Notes: generated by a model from the sequence alone, not told the origin. DNA of 64,000 nucleotides from an uncultured Nitrospinota bacterium (GCA_963707985.1 CAVPRW010000012.1:36444-100443); one strand, 5' to 3'. Numbered from the stretch's first letter, positions 31,405 to 43,211 are shown. Program-made: numbers and translations.

Positions 31405-33170
31405 TCAGCAAAGGACGTCCATTGCAGTCCGGCGCGGCCCTGCCTCGGGGTCGTTCGTCATCCGATTCTGCAGGAAGGCCAACGCCTGGACATTGAGCCA
31501 CCCTCGCCCGATGGCCTGAAGTGCGGCTGAGCGCGTTGCTGCCTCGGGATCGTTCGTCGCCCGGTCCTGCAGGAATGGTAAGGTTGTCGAATCGTCGCGC
31601 CAGCTCTCGGCGGTAACCTGAAGTGCAGCGATCCGACCATTGGCAGCCTCATGATTTCCGGCCCAGTCCCGCAGTATAGGCTGCGCCTCATTGCACCATC
31701 CTTGCGCAAGCGCCCGAGCCGCAGCATATCGTACCCCGGCATAGTCATAGTCATTCGAGGCCTTGATCTTCGGGCCAGCCAGCTTTAACACTAGATCTAG
31801 CGCCCTGGGGTAGCCGCGCTAGGTCGCTGTCAGGTACTCGATGAGATGAATGACGTAGGTGTAGGCGCTCTCCTCGTCGACGCGGCTTGCAATCGCATCC
31901 AAGATGGCCGGCTCGTCACGCCAGGAGCGCTGCATGGCGGCCAAGGCTGTCTGACGCACGCGCAGCTGGCGATCGTCCCGTACAAGGGCAGCGAGCCGCT
32001 GGGCGATGTCGGCCCGGCCACGCACGCTCCAGTGCGGCAACGACCCCGCGACGCACTGCCTCCTCTTCGTCGTTCAATGCGGCCAGCGCAAAGTCCAGGC
32101 GCTCCTTGCGTGAGCGTAGGGCAAAGCCCATCTGCCATGCGGCCATACGCGCGGCCACCGTGTTCGCCTGGCTGAGCCGATCAATTACCTCCTGCACTAC
32201 TGGTGGCAGCTGCGGCACCATCGGCGCCAACGTGGCGAATGCCCTCAGCCCAGCCTCTACGAACGCCCGGGCTTCCGGCTTCCAGGACTGGCGCGCGTAC
32301 TCCATAAGGGTGCTCGCTAGTTCAGCTAAGAGATCTTGCGCATGAGCTGAGTTCTGCAGATCCCCTGCCTCGCCCAGACAGCGAGCGGCGAAGGCGACGT
32401 TGAGGGGCACAGGCGTCCAGGACTCCGCCCGCAGGTATTCCACGACCTCGCGGATCGGCGTACCCTGGTCATGCAACATGGCGATCAGAAGAAGGAGCAC
32501 CTCCTCCCACTCGCTGTGCTGCCAATAGGCACCGAAAATGTCAGCGGTCAGCCAGGTGAAGTCCGATTTGCGGGTGCGGTGTTCCAACATGTACATCGAG
32601 ACCCGTTGCAGAATCCGCGATTTCTGCTGGGTACGGATGAGCACTGCCAGCCTGAAGTCTTCATCGTCCATGCTGTGGGCCCTTAAGTCCCAGTCCTCGA
32701 GCAGCGTCTAGGCGCAGCGCTCGTACAGCTTCCACCGCTCGTTGGGCAAGTCGAGGTCTTTGTAGATTACCGCCCTCATCGTGAGCAGTAGGGGATTGTC
32801 GCCCAGGTCGAGCAACCGCGGGCTTTCGACAATGCGCTGGACCAGACCCCGCGCGGTGCGTTCGGTGCCCTCCAAAGTGTAGTATTGACACCAGTGGGTC
32901 GAGAAGTGACGGATCTGGCCGAGGGTGAAAGGCAACAGCATGTAGTGCTCGAAACCGGCCAGGCCCAATACCGTCCTAATATAGCCGGCGATGCGGGAGG
33001 TCACGATGATGCAGGCGCGTGAGTAGCAGCGGGCGACGGTTTGAAACTAGGCGATGACCCGGCGGCGCTCATTCGGGTCAAACACCTCGTCCAGTCCGTC
33101 GAAGAGTACTAGCGCCTGCCTCTCCTGTTCCAGCGGGTTGCCAAGACTTTCGGCCTCGACGGGTGCGCCA
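31405..33170 (-). pseudogene. NACHT NTPase with HEAT-like repeats, decayed
   Basis: VLFDGLDEV (Walker B), IIVTSR, NPLLLTM; C-terminal repeats FLQDRATNDPEAATRSAALQAI; several in-frame stops; N-terminus missing. Confidence 0.75.
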
Positions 33171-33387
33171 TAGAACTCCGTGGGGTTTTTCACATCGTCG
33201 TGCTCTCCCTAGATCAGTTGCTCGGTCTTACGCATGTTCATGCGGGTTGCTGGCAACACGCGCTTCCATCGCAAAGGTAGCGAGCCAGCTATCGGCTGTG
33301 AAGTCGCACATGTTGAGGAATGGCTCCGCTAACTCGAGGTGGTACGCCTCATTGCACGAATGCATGTTTAACCGAGAGTTTGGTTAT

Positions 33388-33423
33388 AACATGCCTGGAA
33401 TCTGCGCAGATTCCAGGCATGTT
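33388..33423. repeat. Perfect 36-bp palindrome
   Basis: AACATGCCTGGAATCTGCGCAGATTCCAGGCATGTT equals its own reverse complement. Confidence 0.9.
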
Positions 33424-33431
33424 GGATGCAG

Positions 33432-33620
33432 CTACCTTCGCGGTGTGGGTGAAGCACCGCCGCTTTTAGCCTTCTGTGCTTCGTAGTGGGCGCGCAAAAT
33501 GGCATTGATCCGCGTCTGGTAGCCCCTCCCTGGGGCTTTCAGCCAGTCCAACACATCAGGGTCAAGTCGGACAGTCACCCGCTCCTTGGGTCGGGGAAAC
33601 ATCACCGTAGCATGCTCCAT
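33432..33620 (-). pseudogene. BrnA-type antitoxin (C-terminal part)
   Basis: PKERVTVRLDPDVLDWLKAPGRGYQTRINAILR; no adjacent BrnT seen. Confidence 0.75.
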
Positions 33621-34004
33621 CCAGATGCACAAATTGTATGTACTGGTCAAGGCGTGTCACAAGCCTGCCTAGCACTGCATAAAGGACAAGCGGGGAGGTC
33701 GTCATGCCCCTTCTGGCCTGATGGTCATGTCGACGGGTGCTATGTGACAACGCCGTAAGGAAGCGTCAACGCCTTGTTTCCGCCGCACACTTCAGCTGTG
33801 GCGCAAGGCGCGCACTACACCTGGGGCGGATAGCGATCGGAGAAGATGCCTGCCAGCCGTTGGTGTTCCGCTCCGAGGGCATGGCCATGCTCCTCTTCTA
33901 TGCAAGTCGTGATATACTCGCTCAGCGATGAGATAGCTGTATGCTGCATCACCGCAGCGACACAGAGGCTGCTGTACGACGAGGTCCAAGTCTAAGGAGC
34001 GGCG

Positions 34005-34748
34005 ATGAAGACTGGATTAGCAGGGAAAGTCGTGCTGATTACCGGAGCCACGCGGAATCATGGCCGAGCTGGAGCGCTGGCCTTTGCTGAAGAAGGGGCG
34101 CACCTGCTGCTCTGTACGCGTCAAAGCATGGGTCTGCTGGAAGAAACCGCACACATGGCCTCACCCTTTGGCGTGAAAGTGGTGACGGGCCAGTGTGACG
34201 TGACCGATGAGGCACAGGTCAAAGCCTTCGTCGACAAGGGACTGTCCGAGTTTGGCCGCATCGACGTGGTGGTGAATAACGCCGGTTGGCGGGCGCGGGG
34301 AGAGTTGCTGCGCATGAGCACGGAGAATTGGCTGGCGACGATGGGCGTGAACCTGCATGCCGTGTTCCTGATGAGTCAAGCGGTACTGCCCAGTATGGTG
34401 CAACACCGCTGGGGACGGATCATCAATTACACAGGTATCGCAGCCTTCCGTGGCACCACTGGCACCACGGCCAAAATGGCTGGCGAAGGGCTGACCAGGG
34501 CCATCGCTCGCGAGTACGGCAAATATAATATCACGGCAAACCTCATTGGTCCGGGCAGTATTGAAGTCGTCCGTACGCCAGGGCAGGAAGCTCAGGGGGG
34601 TGAAGGCGCAGGAATTGAGGCTATCCCCATTCCCAGGCAGGGGACGGTCGATGAGTGCACCTCGACCGTGGTGTACCTTGCTAGCGAGCAGGCCAGCTAC
34701 CTGACGGGTCAGACCTTGCTGGTGAATGGCGGCGCGTATTTCCTGTGA
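34005..34748 (+). CDS. Short-chain dehydrogenase/reductase (atypical)
   Basis: VLITGATRNHG, VNNAG, WGRIIN, YLTGQTLLVNGG. Confidence 0.9.
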   Translation: MKTGLAGKVVLITGATRNHGRAGALAFAEEGAHLLLCTRQSMGLLEETAHMASPFGVKVVTGQCDVTDEAQVKAFVDKGLSEFGRIDVVVNNAGWRARGELLRMSTENWLATMGVNLHAVFLMSQAVLPSMVQHRWGRIINYTGIAAFRGTTGTTAKMAGEGLTRAIAREYGKYNITANLIGPGSIEVVRTPGQEAQGGEGAGIEAIPIPRQGTVDECTSTVVYLASEQASYLTGQTLLVNGGAYFL

Positions 34749-34900
34749 GGACTTCGGGTGCCGTCGTCCACCCTCACCTTTTCCCAGAGGGAGAGAGGAC
34801 GAAAAACCTTCCACAGCCAGGGGAGGGGGATGACACCACTGCACATGCGCTTCGACCAATGATAATCCTGTATGCCAGACTCTGGACCGAGGGGGAACGC

Positions 34901-35641
34901 GTGGAGACCAATCTGAAAGGCAAGACCGTGTTGATCACGGAGGCTCTGCATCACTTCGGCACGCCCATGGCGCTGGCCTTTGCTAGAGAAGGTGCGAACC
35001 TCTTTCTGGCGACTCTCAGCGACCATGATCCACTCGAACACACCGCCCGTGCCGCCGCATCCCTGGGTGTCAAGGTCGTGACCGAACCGTGCGATCTCAG
35101 CCGTGAGGCCCAGGTAGAAGCCGCGGTGCACAAGTGTATGGCCGAACTGGGTCGCGTCGATGTGGTGGTCAACAATGTGCTCTTTCCTGTGCCAGCCCAG
35201 GCATTTGGTGCCGTGCCTTTTGAGGTGTGGCAGCGGAAGATTGAGGTGGAGCTGACGGGGTCTTTCTTCTTGTTCAAGGCCGTGCTCCCCCACATGATTG
35301 CGCAACAGTGGGGCCGTATTATTAACTTTACGGGCCTGGCGGCCGTTCAAGGCACCGACCCGCTGACTGCGTCGACCGAGCAGGGGATGGTGGGGCTGAC
35401 CAGGGGGATTGCGCGGGAATACGGCAAGTACAACATTACGGCCAATTGCATTAGCGCCGGGGGCATGGAGAATGAGGAGGCCGAAGGGGGATTGTCCTTT
35501 CCGCCAGGCCAGCGGGATCCGATCACGCGCTGGGGCACGCCAGAAGAGCTGGCGTTTCTGGCCGTCTCACTAGCCAGTGAAGAGGCAGGCTATGTAACCG
35601 GACAATGTGTGCTGGCGAATGGGGGCAAATATTTCCTGTGA
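34901..35641 (+). CDS. Short-chain dehydrogenase/reductase paralog (degenerate motifs)
   Basis: GTG start; collinear with the upstream SDR (GLTRGIAREYGKYNITAN, YVTGQCVLANGG). Confidence 0.88.
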   Translation: METNLKGKTVLITEALHHFGTPMALAFAREGANLFLATLSDHDPLEHTARAAASLGVKVVTEPCDLSREAQVEAAVHKCMAELGRVDVVVNNVLFPVPAQAFGAVPFEVWQRKIEVELTGSFFLFKAVLPHMIAQQWGRIINFTGLAAVQGTDPLTASTEQGMVGLTRGIAREYGKYNITANCISAGGMENEEAEGGLSFPPGQRDPITRWGTPEELAFLAVSLASEEAGYVTGQCVLANGGKYFL

Positions 35642-36317
35642 GTGCTCTCAAGAACAGAGTCCTTGGGCTTCTATGAAGCGGACATTGCCAGATGCGCCAG
35701 CCCTCGCGCCAAAATGGTACGGGCCGTGTTGAGGTCGTAGTCTCACGTGTGCCCAAGGTGCGGACAGGCCTGGATACGAACCGATAAATGCTTGCAGCGC
35801 GCCTCATGATGTGCTGACCCGCCTGCCCGTCGAAGCTCAGATCAGCGAGGCACCAAATCGCCTTGGCTTCAAGTCTGGTTCGACATCCTGCTAGGCTCGC
35901 TTGGACGTTCCCCTAGCAAATGGCCGCATCCTGTCCTGTTCGCCCAATATTCTCACGCCTGCCACGTTTCCACTGAGTAGGGTTGGTAACCCGCCACCCG
36001 CGCCGCAATCTTGCCCTCAGATAGGCTCTTGGCTATCCCTCAGCCCCATAAGGGGAGAATAGCGCTCGGTCGAGCTCTCGAAAATATATATCCCGGTGAG
36101 CCCCCTTCTGTGATATACCGGTCGGGACATGTGCCATACCTGTTCCTTGGGGGATGCATTCGCAGGGAGGACAAAATGATCGGAGTCCGATGCTGCATGA
36201 TGCCTCTACACCCCCCGACTGGAGGAGTGTAGCAGGCCTGGAAACGAGACCTGGCATGTTTCCCATGCCAAATTGGATCGTTGGCTCTAACGTATCGGGC
36301 CACGGGGAGAACACATC

Positions 36318-38081
36318 ATGGCGTACGATCTGCTCATCAAGAACGGGCGCATGGTTGATGGCTCAGGCGGTCCTTCGTTCCATGCGGATGTGGCGGTGCA
36401 CCACGGCAAGATCGTGGGGGTTGGCAAGTTCAATGCCTCCGCCACGCGCATCATCGATGCCGAGGGGCGGGTCGTCGCCCCCGGGTTCATCGATCATCAC
36501 ACCCACTATGACCCCCAGGCGCTCTGGGACCCTCTCTGCAGTTACTCCGTGCAGAATGGCAACACCACGGTGATCGTGGGCATGTGCGGGCAGACGCTCG
36601 CCCCGGCGCGGCCGGGAGACCATGACTGGTACCTGGAATTTTTCGCGGAGGCGGAGACCATCCCGCTGAGCGCGATGCAGAAAGGGGTCCAGTTCACCTG
36701 GGAGTCCATCGCCGAGTACCTGGAGGCCCTCAGCCAGCGGCGCGGCGTCAACGTGGGGGCCCTGGTCGGCCACTCGGGGATCCGACGCTATGTGATGGGT
36801 GAGGCAGCCTTGGAGCGGGCCGAGGCCACACCTGAGGAGCTCGAGGCCATGCAGCGCCTGGTCCGCGAGGGCATGCAGGCGGGTGCGCTCGGGTTCAGCA
36901 CGGCCCCCAGGGGCCGGGGGGACCCGGCCGGGGTCGCCCCAGATGAAGAGCGCTGGGCGCTGGGCAGCGTGCTGGGGGAGTTGGGCACGGGCCTCTTCCA
37001 GGTCAGTGGCGGCTCCCCCCAGGGCACCCGTCGGGTCGCACCGGACGGCCCGGGAGCTCTCGCAGCCGGACGGGCCGCCCCGCCATCTACAACTTGGCGT
37101 CCCAGGAGATCGAGCACCCCGACGGGTGGAAGGAACACCTGCACTGGTTCGAGGAGTCCTTCAAGTCGGGGGCCAGGGCGTATGGCTCCTGCGTCTCCGT
37201 CACCGCCGGGCCGATCTTCAACCTGCGGCTGGGGCTGAATGTCCCGCAGGACGAGGACCTGATCAGCCCGCATAGCATGTTCCAGGGGATGCCGACCTGG
37301 GACGCGGTCATGGCCCGGCCGTATCAGGAGCGCATGCAGGCCTTCCGCGACCCGACGATCCGCCAGGCGCTGAGCGCCGAGGCGGTGGAGGGCACCGTCG
37401 CCCAGGAGCGACCGGGGAGCGACCGCCGGGGGAGAGCGCGGGGGATCTTCAACCGGCGCTGGGACCTGGTGCAGGTGTTCATGACCGCAGCAGGAGCGGA
37501 ACCGGACGCTCGAAGGCAAGAGCGTCGAGCAATTGGCCCAGGAGCAGGGCAAGAGCACGATGGACGCCTTCCTGGACCTGTCCCTGGATGAGGACTTGCA
37601 GACCTACTTCATCTGCGTGGACCGCAATACCGACGTGGAGGCGCAGCGGCAGATCCTCGGCTCGCCGTATACCGTGATCGGGACCACCGATGGCGGCGCG
37701 CGCCCGCATACGATGGACCGCTATGAGTACAGCACCCATCTGCTCGGCTACTGGGTGCGGGAGCAGCAGATCATGTCCCTGGAAGAGGCGGTCTACCGGA
37801 TGACCGGCAAGACCGCCCTGATGCATGACCTCCAGGACCGCGGCTTGCTCGCCCCAGGGAAGGCCGCCGACATCGTCATCTTCGACCCCGAGACCATCGC
37901 CTCCAAGCCGCGCGAGCCGGTGCATGACCTCCCGGACGGTGGTGTGCGCGTGAAGCGGGAGGCCATCGGGATCGATTATGTGATCGTCAATGGGACAGTG
38001 CTGCTGGAAGGCGGGGAGCATACCGGAGCCCTACCCGGCCAGGTCATTCGGGGTCCCCTGTACCAGGGGAACCATGCGTGA
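36318..38081 (+). CDS. N-acyl-D-amino-acid deacylase family amidohydrolase (two frameshifts)
   Basis: PGFIDHHTHYD, GALGFST, TDGGA, LAPGKAADIVIFD over three overlapping ORFs. Confidence 0.85.
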
Positions 38082-38128
38082 GCGTGAGGAGCTAAATCAG
38101 ACCGTGTAGGATTGGTACAGACGAGGGC

Positions 38129-38156
38129 GTAGGGGCGGTTCGCTGACCGCCCCTAC
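38129..38156. repeat. GTAG-type REP palindrome
   Basis: GTAGGGGCGGT...ACCGCCCCTAC hairpin in the intergenic space. Confidence 0.7.
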
Positions 38157-38309
38157 CGCGCTGCGCTTGCCGTAGAGGGGCAGTCAGTCCTCTCTGTACC
38201 AATGTCATGTGGTTCGATTGTGCATGAGACGCATCATAGGGCTGATTGTGAACAAGATGGCCACTGCTGTCGGGAGAGCCCGGAACAGCGTTATGGAATG
38301 GAGGACGCC

Positions 38310-39461
38310 ATGCCGTTCCCAAGACTCAGTGATGTCAACGTTGCACAAGCGACCCTCGAAACGATAGGCCGCGAGCAGCGCATCTCTGCCGACTCGCACA
38401 TGACGGAGCCGCCGGACCTGTGGGAGAAGCGGCTGCCAGCCGCACTACGGGACCGCGCCCCACGCATTCCGAATCGCGACACCTCCAGCGGCCACGAGCG
38501 CGCTGGCGGTTGGGACCCGTATGAGCGGCTCAAGGACCAGGCGTACGACGGCATCAGCGCCGAGGTGCTCTACCCCAGCCGGGGCTATGCCGCCTATACG
38601 GTGGGGGACCCGGAGCTTGAGGAAGCGTGTTGCCGTGCCTACAACGACTGGATGATCGAATTTTGCAGCGTGGCCCCACAGCGCTTCTGGGGGCTGGCCC
38701 TGATCTCGTTGTGGAACATCGAGCACGCGGTGCAGGAGCTGGAGCGGTGCCGCAAGGCAGGCCTGCGGGGGGCTGCCATCGGGCTGGTGCCAGCGGAAGA
38801 GTTGCTCTACGGCTCGGACCACTACGAGCGCTTCTGGGCCGCCTGCCAAGACCTGGCGATGTCGGTCAACATGCACATCAATTCGGGCCCAGGCCGTCTG
38901 AAATTCTCGCCGCAGCAGCGCAGTGGGCTCATGCCCGATGGCGCGGCAGGCCATAAGTGGGATTGCATGAAGGCCGTGGGCAACATCGTGGCCGCGGGGG
39001 TCTTGGAGCGCTACCCCGGCCTGAACGTTGTGCTCTCGGAGGCCGGCGTGGGTTGGATACCGTTCTTCGCCCAGGAGTTCGACTACTACCAAATGAGCTT
39101 TGCTCCGTCGCCTTCCGGTCTGGGTAGGCAGCGGGACATCCCCCGGCCGCCCAGCGAGTACATCTACCGGCAGGTCTACGGCGCCTTCATTCAGGATACT
39201 GTCGGCTGCAAGCTGCTCCCTGATTATGGCTTGGACACGTTTATGTGGTCCAACGATTACCCTCACAGTGCCTGCATCTGGCCGGGGGCCACTCGGTTCA
39301 TCGCGCAGGATCTGGGACATCTCACGCCGGAGGCTCGAGCCAAGGTCCTGTGCGGTAATGCGGCCCGGTTATACAACGATGGCCAGCTGCCGCCACCCGC
39401 CGACCCGCCGGGCGAAGTGAAGGATCTGGAGGCGTGGAACAAGGTCCACTGGCACGAGTAG
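38310..39461 (+). CDS. Amidohydrolase_2 family metal-dependent hydrolase
   Basis: ISADSH, RAYNDW, EAGVGWIP, MWSNDYPH, NAARLY. Confidence 0.92.
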   Translation: MPFPRLSDVNVAQATLETIGREQRISADSHMTEPPDLWEKRLPAALRDRAPRIPNRDTSSGHERAGGWDPYERLKDQAYDGISAEVLYPSRGYAAYTVGDPELEEACCRAYNDWMIEFCSVAPQRFWGLALISLWNIEHAVQELERCRKAGLRGAAIGLVPAEELLYGSDHYERFWAACQDLAMSVNMHINSGPGRLKFSPQQRSGLMPDGAAGHKWDCMKAVGNIVAAGVLERYPGLNVVLSEAGVGWIPFFAQEFDYYQMSFAPSPSGLGRQRDIPRPPSEYIYRQVYGAFIQDTVGCKLLPDYGLDTFMWSNDYPHSACIWPGATRFIAQDLGHLTPEARAKVLCGNAARLYNDGQLPPPADPPGEVKDLEAWNKVHWHE

Positions 39462-39486
39462 GCGTGCCGAGTGGGGAACCTGGCAG

Positions 39487-39536
39487 GCTGATGCCGGAAT
39501 GCGAGGGTGTGCAGCGCACCGATGTCCGGCATCAGC
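39487..39536. terminator. Hairpin between convergent genes
   Basis: 12-bp inverted repeat GCTGATGCCGGA / TCCGGCATCAGC; no U-tract. Confidence 0.4.
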
Positions 39537-39631
39537 GCCGGAGGCTCCATGCACGGCTTTCAGGGGTTTCTGGGCCGTGCCCTATGACCGCCGGCGGGGA
39601 ACCCGGCTCTTTGATTCTCCGTTCGACAACA

Positions 39632-40579
39632 CTACTCGTTAGGGGTAGCAAGTCGAGGGGCAAAGTCGAGCCCCGGGAACCGACTGTCATCACTTCCGGT
39701 ATGCCTGAACACTGGGGACTGTGGCGACCATGCCAACCGCTGCGTGATGGCCTTAAGCTCGGGCGCACCGTAGAGGTAGCGCTCTTCGTATCGTAAGTAG
39801 AGGGTTTGGAAGAACTGCCCGAGCCGCAGCGGGCTATCCAGCGGCGGGAATCCCTCCAGCACCTCGCCCGTATGTGCACCGGTTGTCTCGATCAAGGCCA
39901 GCGCTACGGCTTCATAACGACTGCCATCATTGTGGATGCCACGCCGCCCAGTCAGCTCACGCAGCGCCGCGTGAAACCGTAAAATCGCCTCGACTGGCTC
40001 GCCGCCACGTTGCACTGCGATGTCATTGGCCGCCAGTGTTCGGGCCGGTAGGCGCTCATCCTCTGCTATCTCTGCGACCACGGCTGCGGCACGGTTCGCG
40101 CGGATGATGAACAGGTATCCAAACACCATCGCTGGATATGTGATATGCAGATTGGTGCACTCCCCAATGGTTTCTTCCATGCGGTTGGTAAGATTCCGGA
40201 ACGCGCCCGTCATGCCCTTGCATGAAACGGCCAGCACTGGGCCGATACCCTCCTTGGTCACCACTACATCCACACTCTTGGTTTTGAGGCCCCCGAGGAT
40301 TGTCCGCTCGCTACCGGTCGCCAGGTTCGGGGCAAATTGCAAAGCGCTGTTGCCACGTTGCGCCACAACAGCAAAGGGTGGACGCGGCGTGATATCGTCA
40401 GGATGAAAACCACCCTCAAGCACTAGCCGGCAAGCAACATACCAATGTAGCGGCTTAATATGTTGCTGACTCTGCGTGGGACCACTATAAGTCGCGAAAT
40501 GGCGTAGTGCCTGCTGTAGATTGACCCACTGGCACACGCGCAACGCGGTTAAGCTGGGGCTCTCAGGACTCGTGGGCAT
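39632..40579 (-). CDS. Type II restriction endonuclease (PD-(D/E)xK, PaeR7I/XhoI-like)
   Basis: KSVDVVV...VSCKG...NLTNRMEETIG; overlaps the end of a DNA methyltransferase gene. Confidence 0.7.
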   Translation of the reverse strand: MPTSPESPSLTALRVCQWVNLQQALRHFATYSGPTQSQQHIKPLHWYVACRLVLEGGFHPDDITPRPPFAVVAQRGNSALQFAPNLATGSERTILGGLKTKSVDVVVTKEGIGPVLAVSCKGMTGAFRNLTNRMEETIGECTNLHITYPAMVFGYLFIIRANRAAAVVAEIAEDERLPARTLAANDIAVQRGGEPVEAILRFHAALRELTGRRGIHNDGSRYEAVALALIETTGAHTGEVLEGFPPLDSPLRLGQFFQTLYLRYEERYLYGAPELKAITQRLAWSPQSPVFRHTGSDDSRFPGLDFAPRLATPNE

Positions 40580-43211
40580 AATGTCTCCACGCCCGCATGG
40601 TGGTGATCGCTTCGTGAATGAGCGTGGCGTCGAGTCGAGACAACACCTCAGCGGGAGGGAAGACCAGCTGATTGGCCTCACCTGGCTCAAGCTTGAGCAT
40701 TCCCCCACCGAGCGGATGGCCTTCAATCTCACAACTGAGCTTCAGAAATGGGGATCCCCAGGACGACATCAGACGGGATACCACATCGCGGTTCCGTACC
40801 CGCACGCTGTGCACCGAGTTGGTACACGTGCAACCAGCTTCGTTGCGCACCAGATTTGGTTCGCGACCGGACATATAGGTGAGGAAAAAATCAGGTACCT
40901 GCACATCAGGCACGGCATACCACGGCTCACGCATACGGCATTTGTATGCCTCACGCGCCCGTCGACCATCCTCGGTGTCCAAGTACTTGCGAACCGGCGC
41001 AGGCAGGTCCTCACACTTCGGTAGGCGGAGTAGCAGCATCGGGTCATCATTCCGGCACCACGTTTCGACTGTGGCCGCTGTCAACTGACACGGCGGCAAG
41101 ACGCGGCCGTTCCGTACGGTCGGATGCAGCAATTCCGCAGGAATCCCCCAAAGCAGCGCCTCGGAGGGCCGGAGATGAAAGAAGTCGTTGGCGCCGGTGA
41201 CATAGCCAATGCCGACACTGGCCATATCCCCGAAACGGCGTGTCTGCGGGTGCAGCACCGCCTCACGATACAGTTCACGTACGGGCGCTGGCATGATGAA
41301 CGGACGCAGCCGGCGATTCCACGACTTACGCCATTCGCGTAGTGGCACCTTGATGCCCTGCTGAGGTGGTGCACTCATCGGCACAAAGGTGTCCAGCACT
41401 GAAAAGCAAATCTCGGCGGTGTGTGCACCAAACCCTTCAGCATAGAGCAACCAGCAATCTTCCGACAGCTCGGGGAAGAGCTTGTCACGCACGGCCACTA
41501 CCTGCACAGCGGCAAATCGTGCCACCAGGTATTCGAGCAGAGGGGCCGCATACGGTGCATGGCCAATCTCGGCCGGCACCACGAAGGCCATACGGCCACC
41601 AGGTTTGAGAAGACTCGCGGCTCCCACGAGAAACGGCGCCCACGACGACGTGAGGCCTGTGAAGGGTGCGCCAAGGCTGGAGCACAGCCGTAAGGCGCGG
41701 TTGCGCACCTCACCCTTGAATGACTGATAACAAGCCGCATAAAATCAGGTGGACAAGGTATCAGGCATCCGCGAGAGCCTGTCGTAGCTCATCTTTATAG
41801 TGTTCGACTCCGCCAATTTGGCTCAACTGCTGGAGAATGTGGCGCTTGCCTTTGTTTGCAAGGAATGTCTGGATGTGACGCTGTTTGTCGCCAACTGCCT
41901 TGACGTCTGGAGGCACGCCAGGCGGCGACATCCGGAGTAAGATGTAGGCACAATACACCCAGTGGACGTGGGACTGCACGGAGTCAAATCCACTCGTCGC
42001 AACATCCTCAAAGCCCAGATGCATCTTGACATCTTTGTGAAAAAGCTCCACCGCCCAGCGAAGACGATACCCAAGCATGATCTGACGTGCCGTGGCTTTG
42101 ACATCATTGCAGGCTAAATACTTGCGGCGACCCTCCGGTCGTTTGCGGGGTTCTGAACACACCACCTGGACCTGGCCGACATAGCGCAGATAGCCTGTTG
42201 TGTGTCGGATGCGAAATTCCATTCGCTTACGTTTCGCCCCATTCGTCATGAAACGAATGGTGGTCCACTTCAGCCTGCGATGATTCCGAAAGAACATGGC
42301 AATGTGACACCAGGAGCGTGACTTCGGTGTCGTCAGATAGACGGTTTCAGATTTCACACTGCGTGTTTTCCCTAACGCAATAATGAAGTTCCACTGTTTG
42401 TGGATGATGGCAGTCTCGATCTTTTTATCATCATAGCCGCTATCGGCGAGCACGAGGACATCCCGAGGATCATGGGAGCCGATGTACTCTTCCAAGTCTA
42501 AATGCGTGAGGTAAGTGACAACGAGGTCATGTTCGGTTTGATAGTCGAGAGCATGTTCTCGGCAATACTGCTTACTATAGTAGGGAATAGGACGCAGGGG
42601 GATCAGTATGCCGTTGATGAGCAGGACGATATTGGTCCACTGATGGCCGATGACATACCCTTTGCCATGATTGAACTTCTTGGCGTTTTCCGGATGCAGA
42701 CTTGCACGCTGTTGGAGAGTACTATCCATGATAAGCGCCACTTTCCAGGGGAGACCTTGCAAGTCTTGCAGCGGTTTGGCAAATTGTTTGGCTTGCTTCT
42801 TGGAGAGGCGCTCTAACGTCGCGATCGCAACCTTCGAATGGGCCTGCAACATCTTACAGAATTGTGATTTGTGAAGGCCTGAAAAACGTGCCGCTTCTTC
42901 TGATAGCGGATGAAGGGTGGATTGCCCACTGCACACTCAAAACGTTCACTGGTCGTGCTCGCCCAGGTGAAGAAATCATCCTCATACACGCGCGCCCAGG
43001 GGGCACGTGCGATCGCTTGGCGCGCGGCTTCACAATTCTGTTCAATGCCCACGCTATAGCGGTGTCCGGCAATGAAACGACCATCACCACAGGAAGGATC
43101 GAGCATCCGGTCCTGCGCATGCCGCACCACCCACTGAATCAGGCTCGCGACCACCGGGTCAGGGGTATAATACGCGCCCGTTTCTTTCTGTGACTGCCGT
43201 TTCATGATCAT
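40563..43211 (-). pseudogene. N6-adenine DNA methyltransferase (gamma class, ~490 aa) split by an IS
   Basis: GAYYTP, LDPSCGDG (motif I), GNPPFIRY (motif IV); removing the IS gives IRYQSFKGEVR in frame. Confidence 0.9.
41729..42899 (-). mobile_element. IS701/IS4-superfamily element (transposase apparently 5'-truncated)
   Basis: TSD CTGAT(A) at 41724 and 42900; short imperfect ends AACAAGCCGCA / (rc) AAGAAGCGGCA; DDE motifs MDST, LADSGY, WAVELFHKDVK; stop at 41761. Confidence 0.82.

Noticed and set aside
39632..40579. Assigning CTCGAG specificity to the REase
   Set aside because: Family resemblance is weak and specificity cannot be read from sequence
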